Positions 1 through 9,299 of a stretch of DNA of 56,826 bases are shown one piece after another. Made by a program: the position numbers and the translations under genes. Origin of the DNA: Solirubrobacteraceae bacterium (GTDB lineage: Bacteria; Actinomycetota; Thermoleophilia; Solirubrobacterales; Solirubrobacteraceae); contig DATJMB010000173.1 of the NCBI GenBank assembly GCA_035508995.1, positions 1-56,826 on the forward strand, in the 5' to 3' direction. Under the pieces are notes generated by a model. It worked only from the letters and a program-made list of their open reading frames with translations. It was not told the origin of the DNA and searched no databases. The first letter of the stretch is position 1; every line of letters begins with the position of its first letter.

Positions 1-424
1 GTTCGCCCCAGCTATCGCCAACTTCGCTTCCGTACAGGCGGTACTCGCCGACTCCCACCACAACGCCCCCGCGTTCCATGTAGGAGCGGAGCGTCGCCAC
101 CTGTTCGGCGTTGAACGCTTCCTGGTTCAACTGCAGGATCACGCACGAGTCGCTCGCGAGATCGGACGGGAGGCTTGTTTCGGTGTTGACCGTATCCCCG
201 GTTGCGGCCGCGAGGTCCGTGTAGCTGGAGTTCGTGTAGTCGTACTCTTCGGGGTTCGGGTTGTTGCCCTCGTACACAAGCACCGCGCCTGCTGCCGGCA
301 TCGCCCATAGCAGTCCCGCCGTCACCACGGCGCATCCGATCGCGACCAGCCTTCCCAGCGCTCCACCCACGGAGTCGCAGAGTACCGGATGCCGGGTCTG
401 CCGATACCGCGACACGGTGCGCAC
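1..424 (-). CDS. Secreted hypothetical protein, truncated by window edge (possible DUF4350/GATase-like alpha/beta domain)
   Basis: Absent from ORF track. Manual translation gives ...LGRLVAIGCAVVTAGLLWAMPAAGAVLVYEGNNPNPEEY...ILQLNQEAFNAEQVATLRSYMERGGVVVGVGEY..., open to position 1, with a signal-peptide-like start. Start uncertain (GTG 424 or 370). Confidence 0.65.
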   Translation of the reverse strand, partial: MRTVSRYRQTRHPVLCDSVGGALGRLVAIGCAVVTAGLLWAMPAAGAVLVYEGNNPNPEEYDYTNSSYTDLAAATGDTVNTETSLPSDLASDSCVILQLNQEAFNAEQVATLRSYMERGGVVVGVGEYRLYGSEVGDSWGE

Positions 425-464
425 ATCCCGCTCGGTGCGCCCCCTTTTGCCCTTTGCGCTCCCG

Positions 465-812
465 CTAATCCAGGATGAACCCGATCTCGTCTCGGGGATC
501 GAGCTTCGACCCTCCGCGTACGCATGTGGCTCCACCTTGCTCGATCACCGAACAGCGCCAGCCACCGGGAACCGTTATGTACTGAGCCGCGCGCGGGCCG
601 TTGACCGGTCCGTGGAAAGTGCCGTGGGCGTAGCTCTTGGCTACATTCCGTGCTTGCGTGCATGACACGGCGCCGCGATAGATCGTCACGACACGCGGTG
701 CCGGGCCACCGGGCAATGCGCCGCAGGAGCGACTTGCCGCCGCGGCCGGAGTCGTGGAGCTTGCCGCGATCGCGGCGCTGAGGATGGCTGTGATGGCGAG
801 CTGTATGCGCAT
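465..812 (-). CDS. Small secreted 4-Cys protein (115 aa)
   Basis: C-terminal part of track ORF 465..2183. ATG 812 preceded by AGGAG; signal peptide MRIQLAITAILSAAIAA...AAA; Cys in SCG, VSCTQA, GWRC, TCVR. Confidence 0.75.
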   Translation of the reverse strand: MRIQLAITAILSAAIAASSTTPAAAASRSCGALPGGPAPRVVTIYRGAVSCTQARNVAKSYAHGTFHGPVNGPRAAQYITVPGGWRCSVIEQGGATCVRGGSKLDPRDEIGFILD

Positions 813-829
813 TGGTCGTCTCCTGGTTC

Positions 830-2080
830 CTAGAGTCTCGGCGCCGGATAGTGGCTTTTGCGTTTCGGCACGCACGTGTGGTAGGTACGTGTTCCCGTCA
901 CCGTGCGACCGTCGCTCGCCCTGGCGGTGATCGAGAGCACGAACGTGCCCTTTGGCAGGCCCACGAGATCGACGAGCGCGGTGATGTGGGAGCGCCCGAG
1001 GGTCTTGACGCGCCTGCCGTTGATCTTGATGACCGCGCTGACCCATGTGACTCCTGGCAGCGTGCGCACGTGGATCGTGAACCTGCGCCTGCTCACGCAC
1101 TGCTTGCTGGCGGGCGGGAGGCTGAACGCCCGCGTCGGGGAGATCGCCGGGGGCTGGGGCTGGGGCTGGGGCTGTGCGCTGGGCGGTGTCGCCATCCCCA
1201 GCGCTTGCGGCCCGCCCGTCGCCAGTACCGTGCCGGCGCCCGTCGCCGGGTCGATGCTGAGCAGTTCGCCGCCGAGATCCTGGCCGAACAGCGCTCCAAA
1301 GCTGGCGCTCAGGCCATAGACGGAGGGCTTTCCGATCGCGCCCACAAGTTTGCCAACGCCCGTCTGCGGGTCGATCGATACGAGGTTGTCGCTCAGCGCC
1401 GTGGAGGTAGCGGTCATGTAGAGCGCGGTTTCGGAGGTGAAGGCGAGATCGCCCGACGAGCTGAAGCCAGAGCCAGCTCCGACCGCCGTGGCAGCGCCAC
1501 TGGCCGGGTTGACTGTCACGAGCGCCCCCTCTCCCGACCCGTAGATGCTGCCCGATGGCGCGACCACGAGCCCGTTGAGGAAGTACCCCGTGGAGCCCAC
1601 GTACACCGCGGCGCCCGTGTCGACGTTCACCCTGTAGAGCGAGCTGCTGCTGTCCACGCCGTAGAGTTCGCCCGCGGAGGTGACCGCGATGTCGAACAGC
1701 ATCACCCCCGTGTGTCCGATCGTCTTGGTCTGGCCCGTCAGCGGCCCGCGGATGAACTCCAGGTACAACGTGGATTCGTCGTTGACGTAGGCCACGCAGC
1801 CGTCGGCCAGCGATTCGCTGACCAGGCTGTTGAACTGTGGGCTCCCCGTGACCGACGAGGCCAAAGACCCATCGAGGCTGGTGCACGCGGCGCCCACCGC
1901 GGGTTCCGAGGCCGCCAGCGCGCACGACGCCAGCAGCGCCGATATCAGCGCGGCTGCGCCAACCGCCAGCGCGAGCCCTCGCGGGAGCCGTGAGAAGTGG
2001 CTGGAGGCGCGGCCCCCATCGGGACGCTGGGGACGCTGGGTTGGGCGTGGCGTGGTTCGTCGATCGCTGGGCGTAAGCAT
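830..2080 (-). CDS. Secreted beta-propeller-like repeat protein with Pro/Gln linker and basic C-terminal beta domain
   Basis: ATG 2080 with GGAG RBS; hydrophobic signal; ~40-aa repeats (LYRVNVDTGAAVYVG / LVTVNPASGAATAVG / LVSIDPQTGVGKLVG / LLSIDPATGAGTVLA); QPQPQPQP linker. Confidence 0.75.
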   Translation of the reverse strand: MLTPSDRRTTPRPTQRPQRPDGGRASSHFSRLPRGLALAVGAAALISALLASCALAASEPAVGAACTSLDGSLASSVTGSPQFNSLVSESLADGCVAYVNDESTLYLEFIRGPLTGQTKTIGHTGVMLFDIAVTSAGELYGVDSSSSLYRVNVDTGAAVYVGSTGYFLNGLVVAPSGSIYGSGEGALVTVNPASGAATAVGAGSGFSSSGDLAFTSETALYMTATSTALSDNLVSIDPQTGVGKLVGAIGKPSVYGLSASFGALFGQDLGGELLSIDPATGAGTVLATGGPQALGMATPPSAQPQPQPQPPAISPTRAFSLPPASKQCVSRRRFTIHVRTLPGVTWVSAVIKINGRRVKTLGRSHITALVDLVGLPKGTFVLSITARASDGRTVTGTRTYHTCVPKRKSHYPAPRL

Positions 2081-2198
2081 CGGTATCTCCCGTTCCGAGT
2101 TGGATTGCCCGGCAAGCATCCACACTCGACGCGTGCGCCGCCACCCACCCTAGGTGTGGGCGTATGTCACCCGCCGGCAGCATAACGGCCGCCGGTCG

Positions 2199-3335
2199 CT
2201 ATTCGCTGACGCAGCCCGCGCTCGGACGGCTGGAGAGCCGCAGGTGCGTGTGCAGCCAGGAGGCGGTGCGGTCGAGCATTTCGGTGCCCGCGCCGAAGGA
2301 GGGGGCGAACGCCACGATCGCCACCGCCGCTCCCCTCGCCGAGCCGGGGTCCACGATGCCCGATTGGCGCACCAGGTAGCCGCCGGGCTCCGGTCCCCAG
2401 CCGCCCTTGAAGGCGATCGAGTCAAAGCCCGCCGACCCCAGCCCCCAGCTCTCGCCCGGCTCGATGCTCTCCATCAGGCCGAGCACGTAGCTGGTCTGGC
2501 CGGCGGGCAGCAGGCAGCCGAGGGCGAGCGCCCGGAAGAACCTCACCGCCTCGCCGGGACGCCACTCGGTCTGCCCGAAGGTCGTCACCGCTCCGGCCGG
2601 CGGCGGCGCGGTGGCCACCACCGTCTCGCTGTCGCCGCTCTGCCGCAGCAGCCCTTCCATGTAGCGGCTTGCCCCGCCGAGACCGCCCTTCAGCCGCTCG
2701 AGGTCTCCGAACAGCGCGAGCACCGATTCGTTGTTCGATTCGGTGATCGCCGACTGCGCCCACGCCCGCTCCTGGGCCGTCAGGCCGGCCGAGCCACGGG
2801 CTCGTAGCAGGGCCGTGAGCACCGGCACCTTGGTCGTGCTCCAGCCGTGTGCCGGTTCGTCGCCGCCGAGCACTTCCCGCCGCCCCGCTCCCAGCGGCAC
2901 GAGCGCCAGCTCCACCCGCCCCGGCAGCGAGCTCGCCAATCGCTGGAAGGAGCCCGCCGAGCCGCTCGCGAGCAGGCCGCCGGAGGCCGCGCTCGTAGCT
3001 TCCGCCGCGCCATCGCCCGTGCTCGCGCCCGTGGCCTGCTGGCCGTGCATCGCGTGGAGCTGGGCCTGGACGCTCCGCAGGCTCTCGGCCCCCGCCGCCG
3101 CCGGGTATTCGGCCTGGCCGCCGCTCGCGCCGGCGCTGGTGGCGGAGGCGCCCGCCGTGGCCGCCGCCTTCCTGGCCACCCGCACCACCACCACATGATG
3201 GCTCGGGGCGGCGATCGCGTACACCGCCACGCCCACCGCACAGACCGCGAGCACCGCCGCGCCCACCGTCAACGCGCGCCGCCTTCGCACCCGCCGTGCG
3301 CGACGCTGCGTCAGGTACTCGGGGGAGTAGCTCAT
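2199..3335 (-). CDS. Membrane-anchored class A beta-lactamase-like serine hydrolase (LppW-like)
   Basis: SxxK (WSTTK), SxN (ESNN), KTG-equivalent FKGGWG; N-terminal Arg-rich segment plus TM helix. Confidence 0.8.
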   Translation of the reverse strand: MSYSPEYLTQRRARRVRRRRALTVGAAVLAVCAVGVAVYAIAAPSHHVVVVRVARKAAATAGASATSAGASGGQAEYPAAAGAESLRSVQAQLHAMHGQQATGASTGDGAAEATSAASGGLLASGSAGSFQRLASSLPGRVELALVPLGAGRREVLGGDEPAHGWSTTKVPVLTALLRARGSAGLTAQERAWAQSAITESNNESVLALFGDLERLKGGLGGASRYMEGLLRQSGDSETVVATAPPPAGAVTTFGQTEWRPGEAVRFFRALALGCLLPAGQTSYVLGLMESIEPGESWGLGSAGFDSIAFKGGWGPEPGGYLVRQSGIVDPGSARGAAVAIVAFAPSFGAGTEMLDRTASWLHTHLRLSSRPSAGCVSE

Positions 3336-3381
3336 CCTCGCAGCAGGCTAGCTGCCCGCGCCGGCGCCCGCCGGCTACCCA

Positions 3382-4065
3382 TCAGGGGAAGTAGACCGAC
3401 GCGTTGTTGCCCCCCGTGCACACCACGCTGGTGCCCGCGGAGCACGTCATCGTGTACGTCCGCTGGGTCACCGGGCTGTACACGGCGTAGGTCCCGGGGC
3501 CGTTGTGTTCGTAGGTCTGGCGGACGTTTTCGGCGAACGAGCACGTGGTGTCCGGTCCCACAGAGAGCTGATCGCCGCACGCGCTCTGTCCCCCGCCGGC
3601 GCTGCCCGTGCCGCCTGTGCTCGGCTGCTCGTGCGCCACGCCCGGCGTCGCGCTCGAGGATCCGCCGCCTCCCCCCGAGCCGCCGGAGGAGCCGCCGCCC
3701 TGCTGCACCACCACCACGCTGGTGGAGCCGGGCGTCTGGCCGGGGGCGCTGCCGATCACGTCGATCGTCGTCTTGCCCCCGTGAAGTTCGGCGGCCCCGG
3801 TGAACACGCCGTTGCCCACGGCGGCCGGCTTGCCCTGCACCTGCACCGACGCGGTGGCCGGCGAGACCGTGCCCCGCACCGTGACGCTGTTGCCCGCGAT
3901 CACGCTGTTGCTCGTCGGTGAGGTGACCACCACCGAGACCTCGCCCCCGGTGGTCGTCGTGGTGGTCGTAGTCGCGCCGCAGGCGTCCACGCACATCATC
4001 AAGAGCAGGCCGCAGGCCAATGCTCCGATCGTCCGTGTCGAGACTGCCGCCCTCAGGCCCAGCAC
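3382..4065 (-). CDS. Probable lipoprotein with Ig-like domain and small Cys-containing C-terminal domain
   Basis: Lipobox-like VDA-C, poly-Thr linker, Ig-like VVVTSP...VTVRGTV, Gly/Ser linker, CSFAENV...YSPVT...YTMTC domain. Confidence 0.7.
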   Translation of the reverse strand: MLGLRAAVSTRTIGALACGLLLMMCVDACGATTTTTTTTGGEVSVVVTSPTSNSVIAGNSVTVRGTVSPATASVQVQGKPAAVGNGVFTGAAELHGGKTTIDVIGSAPGQTPGSTSVVVVQQGGGSSGGSGGGGGSSSATPGVAHEQPSTGGTGSAGGGQSACGDQLSVGPDTTCSFAENVRQTYEHNGPGTYAVYSPVTQRTYTMTCSAGTSVVCTGGNNASVYFP

Positions 4066-4115
4066 GCGCGCAACATACCACCTCCCGCCCTATCGAAATA
4101 GCTCGGAAGCCGCCT

Positions 4116-4598
4116 CTACCCCGTGCAGCTCGAGGCCCCGCAGCCGCCCGCGCCGGGCAGCCGCCCGAGCAGCTCGATCAGGGTCGTCATCTCCCGCTCG
4201 CTGTAGCGCTCCTCGAACAGCCCCCGGATCGCCCGCACGTGCGAGCACGACGCTTCGCCGAGCTTCTCGGCGCCCGCGTCCGTGAGCACCGCGTAGGTCA
4301 CACGTGCGTCGCCGGGGCATTCCTCCTTGTCCACGTACCCACGCTCCCGCAGGCCCTCCAGCAGCCGCGTCACCCCCGATGCCGTCAGCTGGAGGCTCTC
4401 CGCCAGGTCCACCCGGCGCATGTGCCGTCGCTCGGACTGCGCCAGCAGCAGCAGCGTCTCGTACTCGTTCACCGTCAGGCCGTGGTCGCTCTGCAGCTGG
4501 GCGCTCACCGTGCGCCGCATGCCCGCGTGCCCCCGCAGCAACCGCACCCACGCGTCCACCGACGGAGACTCTTGCTCGCTCAATAGTTGACTAGTCAT
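4116..4598 (-). CDS. MarR family transcriptional regulator
   Basis: wHTH (LAESLQLTASGVTRLLEGLRERGYV...DAR...LTDAG); divergent from yceI. Confidence 0.92.
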   Translation of the reverse strand: MTSQLLSEQESPSVDAWVRLLRGHAGMRRTVSAQLQSDHGLTVNEYETLLLLAQSERRHMRRVDLAESLQLTASGVTRLLEGLRERGYVDKEECPGDARVTYAVLTDAGAEKLGEASCSHVRAIRGLFEERYSEREMTTLIELLGRLPGAGGCGASSCTG

Positions 4599-4627
4599 CG
4601 ATCTGTGCTAGATTGTTGATCAGTCAA
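4587..4627. promoter_or_regulatory. Two candidate MarR operators TTGA-N4-TCA(A/T)
   Basis: TTGACTAGTCAT (4587-4598) and TTGATCAGTCAA (4616-4627) at the divergent marR/yceI junction. Confidence 0.65.
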
Positions 4628-4664
4628 GTATATCCCTTTCCTTCCCCCTCAGGAGGTCCTCGCG

Positions 4665-5216
4665 ATGAGCACAACCGTACACCCCCCCAAGACCCTTCCC
4701 AGCGGCACCTGGACCGTCGATCCCGTCCATTCCCACGTAGCCTTCTCCGTCGGCTATCACGTGGGCACCTTCCGCGGCAGCTTCGCGCCGCTGCAGGCCA
4801 CCCTCGAGGTCTCCGACGACGGCCAGGCCAGCCTCACCGGCTCCGTCGCCGCGAGCGCCGTCAAGGTCCAGGACGAGAACCTCGCCGCCCACCTCCAGTC
4901 GCCCGACTTCTTCGACGCCGAGCGCACACCCGAGATCGCCTTCGCCTCCACCGCCATCCGTCCCGCCGGCGAGGGAGAGGTCGAGATCGAGGGCCAGCTC
5001 ACGATCAAGGGCACCACCCTCCCGATCCTCGCCAGGGGCCGCATCGGCGAGGAGAAGTCCTACATGGACCGTCCCTACTTCGGCCTCGAGCTCGAGGCCA
5101 CCCTCGATCGCACCCGCTACGGCCTGAACTGGAACAACCCGCTTCCCAACGGCGACCCCGCCCTCGCCGACGACGTCACCGTCACCGCCGAGCTGTTCCT
5201 CACCAAGAGCGCCTGA
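4665..5216 (+). CDS. YceI-like polyisoprenoid-binding protein
   Basis: GTWTVDPVHSHVAF, HLQSPDFFDAE, GQLTIKG, LDRTRYGLNWN; AGGAGG RBS. Confidence 0.92.
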   Translation: MSTTVHPPKTLPSGTWTVDPVHSHVAFSVGYHVGTFRGSFAPLQATLEVSDDGQASLTGSVAASAVKVQDENLAAHLQSPDFFDAERTPEIAFASTAIRPAGEGEVEIEGQLTIKGTTLPILARGRIGEEKSYMDRPYFGLELEATLDRTRYGLNWNNPLPNGDPALADDVTVTAELFLTKSA

Positions 5217-5231
5217 CACGGACCCGAGACC

Positions 5232-5792
5232 ATGAAGATCCTCGCCATCCCCGGCAGCCTCCGCCGCGACTCCCACAACCGCGCCCTGCTCCTCGCCGCG
5301 GCGGAGCAGCTGCCGGGGGACGTCCAGCTCGAGCTCTTCGAGCAGCTCAGGGACGTCCCGCCCTACGACCAGGACGACGACCGCGAGCCCGCTCCACCGG
5401 CCGTCGCCGCTCTGCGCGCCGCGATCACCGGCGCCGACGCGCTGCTGATCGCGACCCCCGAGTACAACTCCTCGATCCCCGGCCAGCTCAAGAACGCGCT
5501 CGACTGGGCCTCTCGCCCGCTCGGCTCGAGCGTCCTGATGAACAAGCCCGTGGCCGTCCTCGGCGCCTCCACCGGCGCCTTCGGCGCCGTGTGGGCCCAG
5601 GCGGAGTTGCGCAAGGTGCTCGCCGCCGCCGGCGCCCGCGTGACGGACGCCGAGCTGCCCGTGCCCCACGCCCACGAACGCTTCGACGAGCGCGGCCGCC
5701 TGACCGACGAGGACATCCGCGAGCGCCTGCGCGAGATCCTCGAACTGCTCGTCGCGAGCGCTCGCCCGCGCGTTCCCGTGTCCGCCGTCTGA
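5232..5792 (+). CDS. NADPH-dependent FMN reductase (ChrR-like)
   Basis: GSLRRDSHN, ATPEYNSSIPGQLKNALDWASRP. Confidence 0.93.
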   Translation: MKILAIPGSLRRDSHNRALLLAAAEQLPGDVQLELFEQLRDVPPYDQDDDREPAPPAVAALRAAITGADALLIATPEYNSSIPGQLKNALDWASRPLGSSVLMNKPVAVLGASTGAFGAVWAQAELRKVLAAAGARVTDAELPVPHAHERFDERGRLTDEDIRERLREILELLVASARPRVPVSAV

Positions 5793-5811
5793 TTCGCCGC
5801 GCTCGCGCGCC

Positions 5812-8082
5812 TCAGCCCTCGCCCGCGCTCGGCAGCGGCGCCGGCTCCGGCGCGGGCGGATCCTCCCGGCGCTCCGCGGCGCCCACGACCCGCGCGCCCG
5901 CCTGGCGCAACCCGGGCTCCAGCGCCGCCAGCGCCGCCAGGTGGCGGTGCGCCCATGCGATCGCCAGACCCGCCGGCGCGCCGCCGCCGCCGGGCGGCCG
6001 TTCGAGCACCACCCGTCCCGGCGCCACTCCCTCCCGTTCGTCGAGCCTCTTCTCGGGCGGCGCCACCCGCGCCGCCGCGAGCGACGCTCCGAGCTCCCCG
6101 TACCACCCGCACAGCGCCCGCCGCTCCGCCTCGAAGGCCTCCCGCGCCTGCCACAGCCGCGGCAGCTCCCGCGCCACCGGCGCCAGCCGCGCAAACGCGT
6201 GCGCCCCCTCCAGCAGCCGCGCCGCCCGTCGCGCCCGCGTGACGCCCATCACCAGCGTCGTCAGGTCGTCCAGCGATCCCCGCGCCGAGCTCCGTTCGGA
6301 GAGATAGCCCCGCACGGTGGCGTCCAGCAGCTGCCCGCTGGCGATCGCCGCCCGCGCCGCCCGCTCGCGTCGCGCGCCCCCCTCCTCCCCTCCCACGTCT
6401 CCCAGCAGACCGTCGATCGTCGCCTCCAGATAGGCCGCCGCCTGCTGGTAGGCGGCCCCGAGCGCCCGCCGCAGCGCCCCCGCCGCGCCGCGCGGCCAGG
6501 CGAGCACTCCCACCAGCACGCTCACCCCCGCTCCGATCGCCACGTCCTCGACCCGCACCAGCCCCACCTTCCAGCCCGACGGCTCGATCAGGTTGAACAG
6601 CACCAGCACCGTCGCCGAGAACGCCGCCTGGCCGGCCCCGAAGGAGATCGCCCGCGGCGCGTAGGTGGCGAGCGCCACCGCGACCGGCAGCAGCGCCCAC
6701 AGCGCCGCTTCGTCCCCGCCGAGCCCGGCGACCAGCACCCCGCCCACCACGATCCCGCCGAATGTCCCCACCAGCGCCTGCGCCATCGTCGCTCCCGTCG
6801 CCAGCGCGTTCGAGCGCAGCACCGACATCGTGCCCAGCACGATCCAGAAGGAGTGCTGCAGATCGCTGAGCTGCGCCACCAGCACCGCCAGGCTCAGTCC
6901 CAGCGCCCCCCGCACGCTGTCCCGAAACCACGCCGAGCGCACGTTCGCGTGCGTGCGCGCGATCCTGCTCGCCACGCCCAGTCGCGCCCGCCGCGTGCCC
7001 AGCGGGTCCTCCGCCACCGCCTGCCCGCAGGCCAGCAGCCCGTCGCGCATCGTCTGCAGGGTCGCGAACGACAGCTGTCGCAGCGAGAACGCCTCGTCGA
7101 GCTCCCGCGTGGCCGCCGGCTCCTGCCGCTCCCGCCAGCCTTCGCTGTCGCGCACGAACGCGTGGCCGAGCGCCTCGTGCGCCTCCCGCAGCCCGCCCAG
7201 CGCCGTCTCCGCCCGCCCCTCCACCGCCTCGTCTCGCTCCTCCTCCAAGTCGAGCCGCGCCGCCACCGCCTCCAGCGCGTCCGCCACCGCCCCCTCCAGC
7301 TCCACCCGCTCCCGCCACAGCCCCGCCTCGCTCTCCTCCCCCGGCGCCCTCGCCGCGACCCCGTGCAGCCACCCGAGGTCATCCACCAGCCGCGCCAGCG
7401 CCGCCGTCCGGCTCGAGGTTCCGCTCGGCCGGTGCTCGAGCCCGAGGAACAGCCGCCGCACGCTCCCCGTCGCCTCCTCCGCCAGCGCCCCCGCCTGTTC
7501 GCGTGCCTGCTCCCCGCCGGCCCGTCGCGCCCGCACGAGCTCCGCCAGCGCCGCCGCCGCCTCCCCGCACCGCCGTCGCAGCTCTCCCCGTGGCCGCCTC
7601 GGCCAGAGCACGAGCGTCGCCGCCAGCGACAGCCCGCCCGCGAGGCCCCAGCCCGCCAGCCGCGTCGGGATCGCCGACGCCTCCCCGGGAACCATCACGC
7701 CCAGCACGAATGTGAGCATCGCCGCCGCGTGCGCCGCCGCCACGTACTCCGAGAGCGCGCCCGCGAACAGGACCCCGAAGGCCACCACGGCGGTCGCCAC
7801 CGTCGCCAGCCACGGCGACATCGAGAACACGGTGCCCAACGCGATCAGGACCGCGCCCGCGACGATCAGAGAGATGTACGCTCGCAGCCGCTCCCGCCGC
7901 GAGCCGCCGAAGTCGACGAACGCGAGCATCGACATCGCGCCGAATGCCGCGAACAGAGCCATCTGCTTGGAGTCGATCGCCACCAGCGCGATCGCGAACG
8001 CCAGCGGCACCACCACCGCCGCCCGCACCGCGCTCTCGAGCGCAAACCGCCTCGACTCGGACGCGCCCATGCGCGCGATCAT
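5812..8082 (-). CDS. FUSC family membrane protein
   Basis: Two hydrophobic blocks; WFRDSVRGALGLSLAV...HSFWIVLGTMSVLR; RVEDVAIG. Confidence 0.85.
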   Translation of the reverse strand: MIARMGASESRRFALESAVRAAVVVPLAFAIALVAIDSKQMALFAAFGAMSMLAFVDFGGSRRERLRAYISLIVAGAVLIALGTVFSMSPWLATVATAVVAFGVLFAGALSEYVAAAHAAAMLTFVLGVMVPGEASAIPTRLAGWGLAGGLSLAATLVLWPRRPRGELRRRCGEAAAALAELVRARRAGGEQAREQAGALAEEATGSVRRLFLGLEHRPSGTSSRTAALARLVDDLGWLHGVAARAPGEESEAGLWRERVELEGAVADALEAVAARLDLEEERDEAVEGRAETALGGLREAHEALGHAFVRDSEGWRERQEPAATRELDEAFSLRQLSFATLQTMRDGLLACGQAVAEDPLGTRRARLGVASRIARTHANVRSAWFRDSVRGALGLSLAVLVAQLSDLQHSFWIVLGTMSVLRSNALATGATMAQALVGTFGGIVVGGVLVAGLGGDEAALWALLPVAVALATYAPRAISFGAGQAAFSATVLVLFNLIEPSGWKVGLVRVEDVAIGAGVSVLVGVLAWPRGAAGALRRALGAAYQQAAAYLEATIDGLLGDVGGEEGGARRERAARAAIASGQLLDATVRGYLSERSSARGSLDDLTTLVMGVTRARRAARLLEGAHAFARLAPVARELPRLWQAREAFEAERRALCGWYGELGASLAAARVAPPEKRLDEREGVAPGRVVLERPPGGGGAPAGLAIAWAHRHLAALAALEPGLRQAGARVVGAAERREDPPAPEPAPLPSAGEG

Positions 8083-8459
8083 ATGCGCCCCGCCGGCTCC
8101 TCATCGACGGCCGCGTGAACTTCGCGCGAATTTGGAATCCACGCACGTTTTTGTCTGATACCGTTTAACGCGGGGCAGGCAGATTGGACGGATGTCCGAT
8201 CAAGGCGCGGGCGAATTAGACCCATGTCTCTGGTCGCACAGAGAGCGCCGGTTAGCTTGTCCTTGCAAGGATTGCCAACTTTTTGCACGCAAGGATGCTC
8301 GGTTGTTGCGAACGCAGAACACCACCATCGGCTTTGCAGCGACCGTAGTGCGTCGCGTCGCCCTGTGCGCGCGCCCGGCAGTGAGTTCGGCTGACCGGCC
8401 CGTTCCGATCACCGGTCGTCAGCTCGTCTGCGGGTGCCGGGCCCGTGGGAGGTACGCCT

Positions 8460-9299
8460 ATGGCTGAGCGCGACTCCCGCCTCGGCCTCGCCCCGCTGCT
8501 GGCCGAGCGTGAGCACGATCGCAACGAAGAGATCGGCGGCGGCGCGACGGACGCGTTCAATCTGGCTCGCGGAGCGGTAGAGAGCCCGCGCGTGAGCGTC
8601 GTGATTCCCACCCTCAACGAGGCCCGCAACCTCCCGCACGTCTTCGAGCGTCTGCCCAAGGACCTGCACGAGGTGATCGTCGTCGACGGTCACTCCACAG
8701 ACGGCACCCCGGAGCTCGCCCGCGAGCTGCGCCGCGACGTGCGCATCGTCGAGCAGACCGGCCGTGGCAAGGGCGACGCTCTCAGCGCCGGCTTTCGCGC
8801 CTGCACCGGCGAGATCATCGTGATGCTCGACGCCGACGGCTCCACCGACCCCGCCGAGATTCCCCGCTTCGTCGCCGCCCTGCGCGAGGGCGCCGACTTC
8901 GTCAAGGGCTCGCGCTTCGCCCAGGGCGGCGGCAGCAGCGACATCACCGCCGCGCGGCGCCTGGGCAACCGGGCGCTGAACGCCGTGGTGAACATGATCT
9001 ACGGCACCAGCTACACCGACCTCTGCTACGGCTACAACGCCTTCTGGGCACGCTGCCTGCCCTACATGCGCGTGGACTGCAACGGCTTCGAGGTCGAGAC
9101 CCTCATCAACGTGCGCATCGCCAAGGCCGGCCTCGTGATCCACGAGGTGCCGAGCTTCGAGAGCGAGCGCCTGCACGGTGCCAGCAACCTGAAAGTCGTT
9201 CGCGACGGCCTGCGCGTGCTGCGCGTGATCGGCCTGGAGTGGCTGCGCGTCTCCTCCGCGAGCGTCCTCCTGCGCAGGCTCCTGGGAGTGACCGAATGA
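8460..9299 (+). CDS. GT2 glycosyltransferase, polyprenol-phosphate sugar synthase (DPM1-like)
   Basis: VSVVIPTLNE, VVDGHSTDGT, GKGDAL, MLDADGS, VKGSRF, DLCYGY, GFEVET; GGGAGG RBS. Confidence 0.9.
   Translation: MAERDSRLGLAPLLAEREHDRNEEIGGGATDAFNLARGAVESPRVSVVIPTLNEARNLPHVFERLPKDLHEVIVVDGHSTDGTPELARELRRDVRIVEQTGRGKGDALSAGFRACTGEIIVMLDADGSTDPAEIPRFVAALREGADFVKGSRFAQGGGSSDITAARRLGNRALNAVVNMIYGTSYTDLCYGYNAFWARCLPYMRVDCNGFEVETLINVRIAKAGLVIHEVPSFESERLHGASNLKVVRDGLRVLRVIGLEWLRVSSASVLLRRLLGVTE

Noticed and set aside
8262-8280. Possible sigma54 promoter TTGGCAATCCTTGCA on the minus strand
   Set aside because: GG-to-GC spacing is 8 nt, not the required 10.
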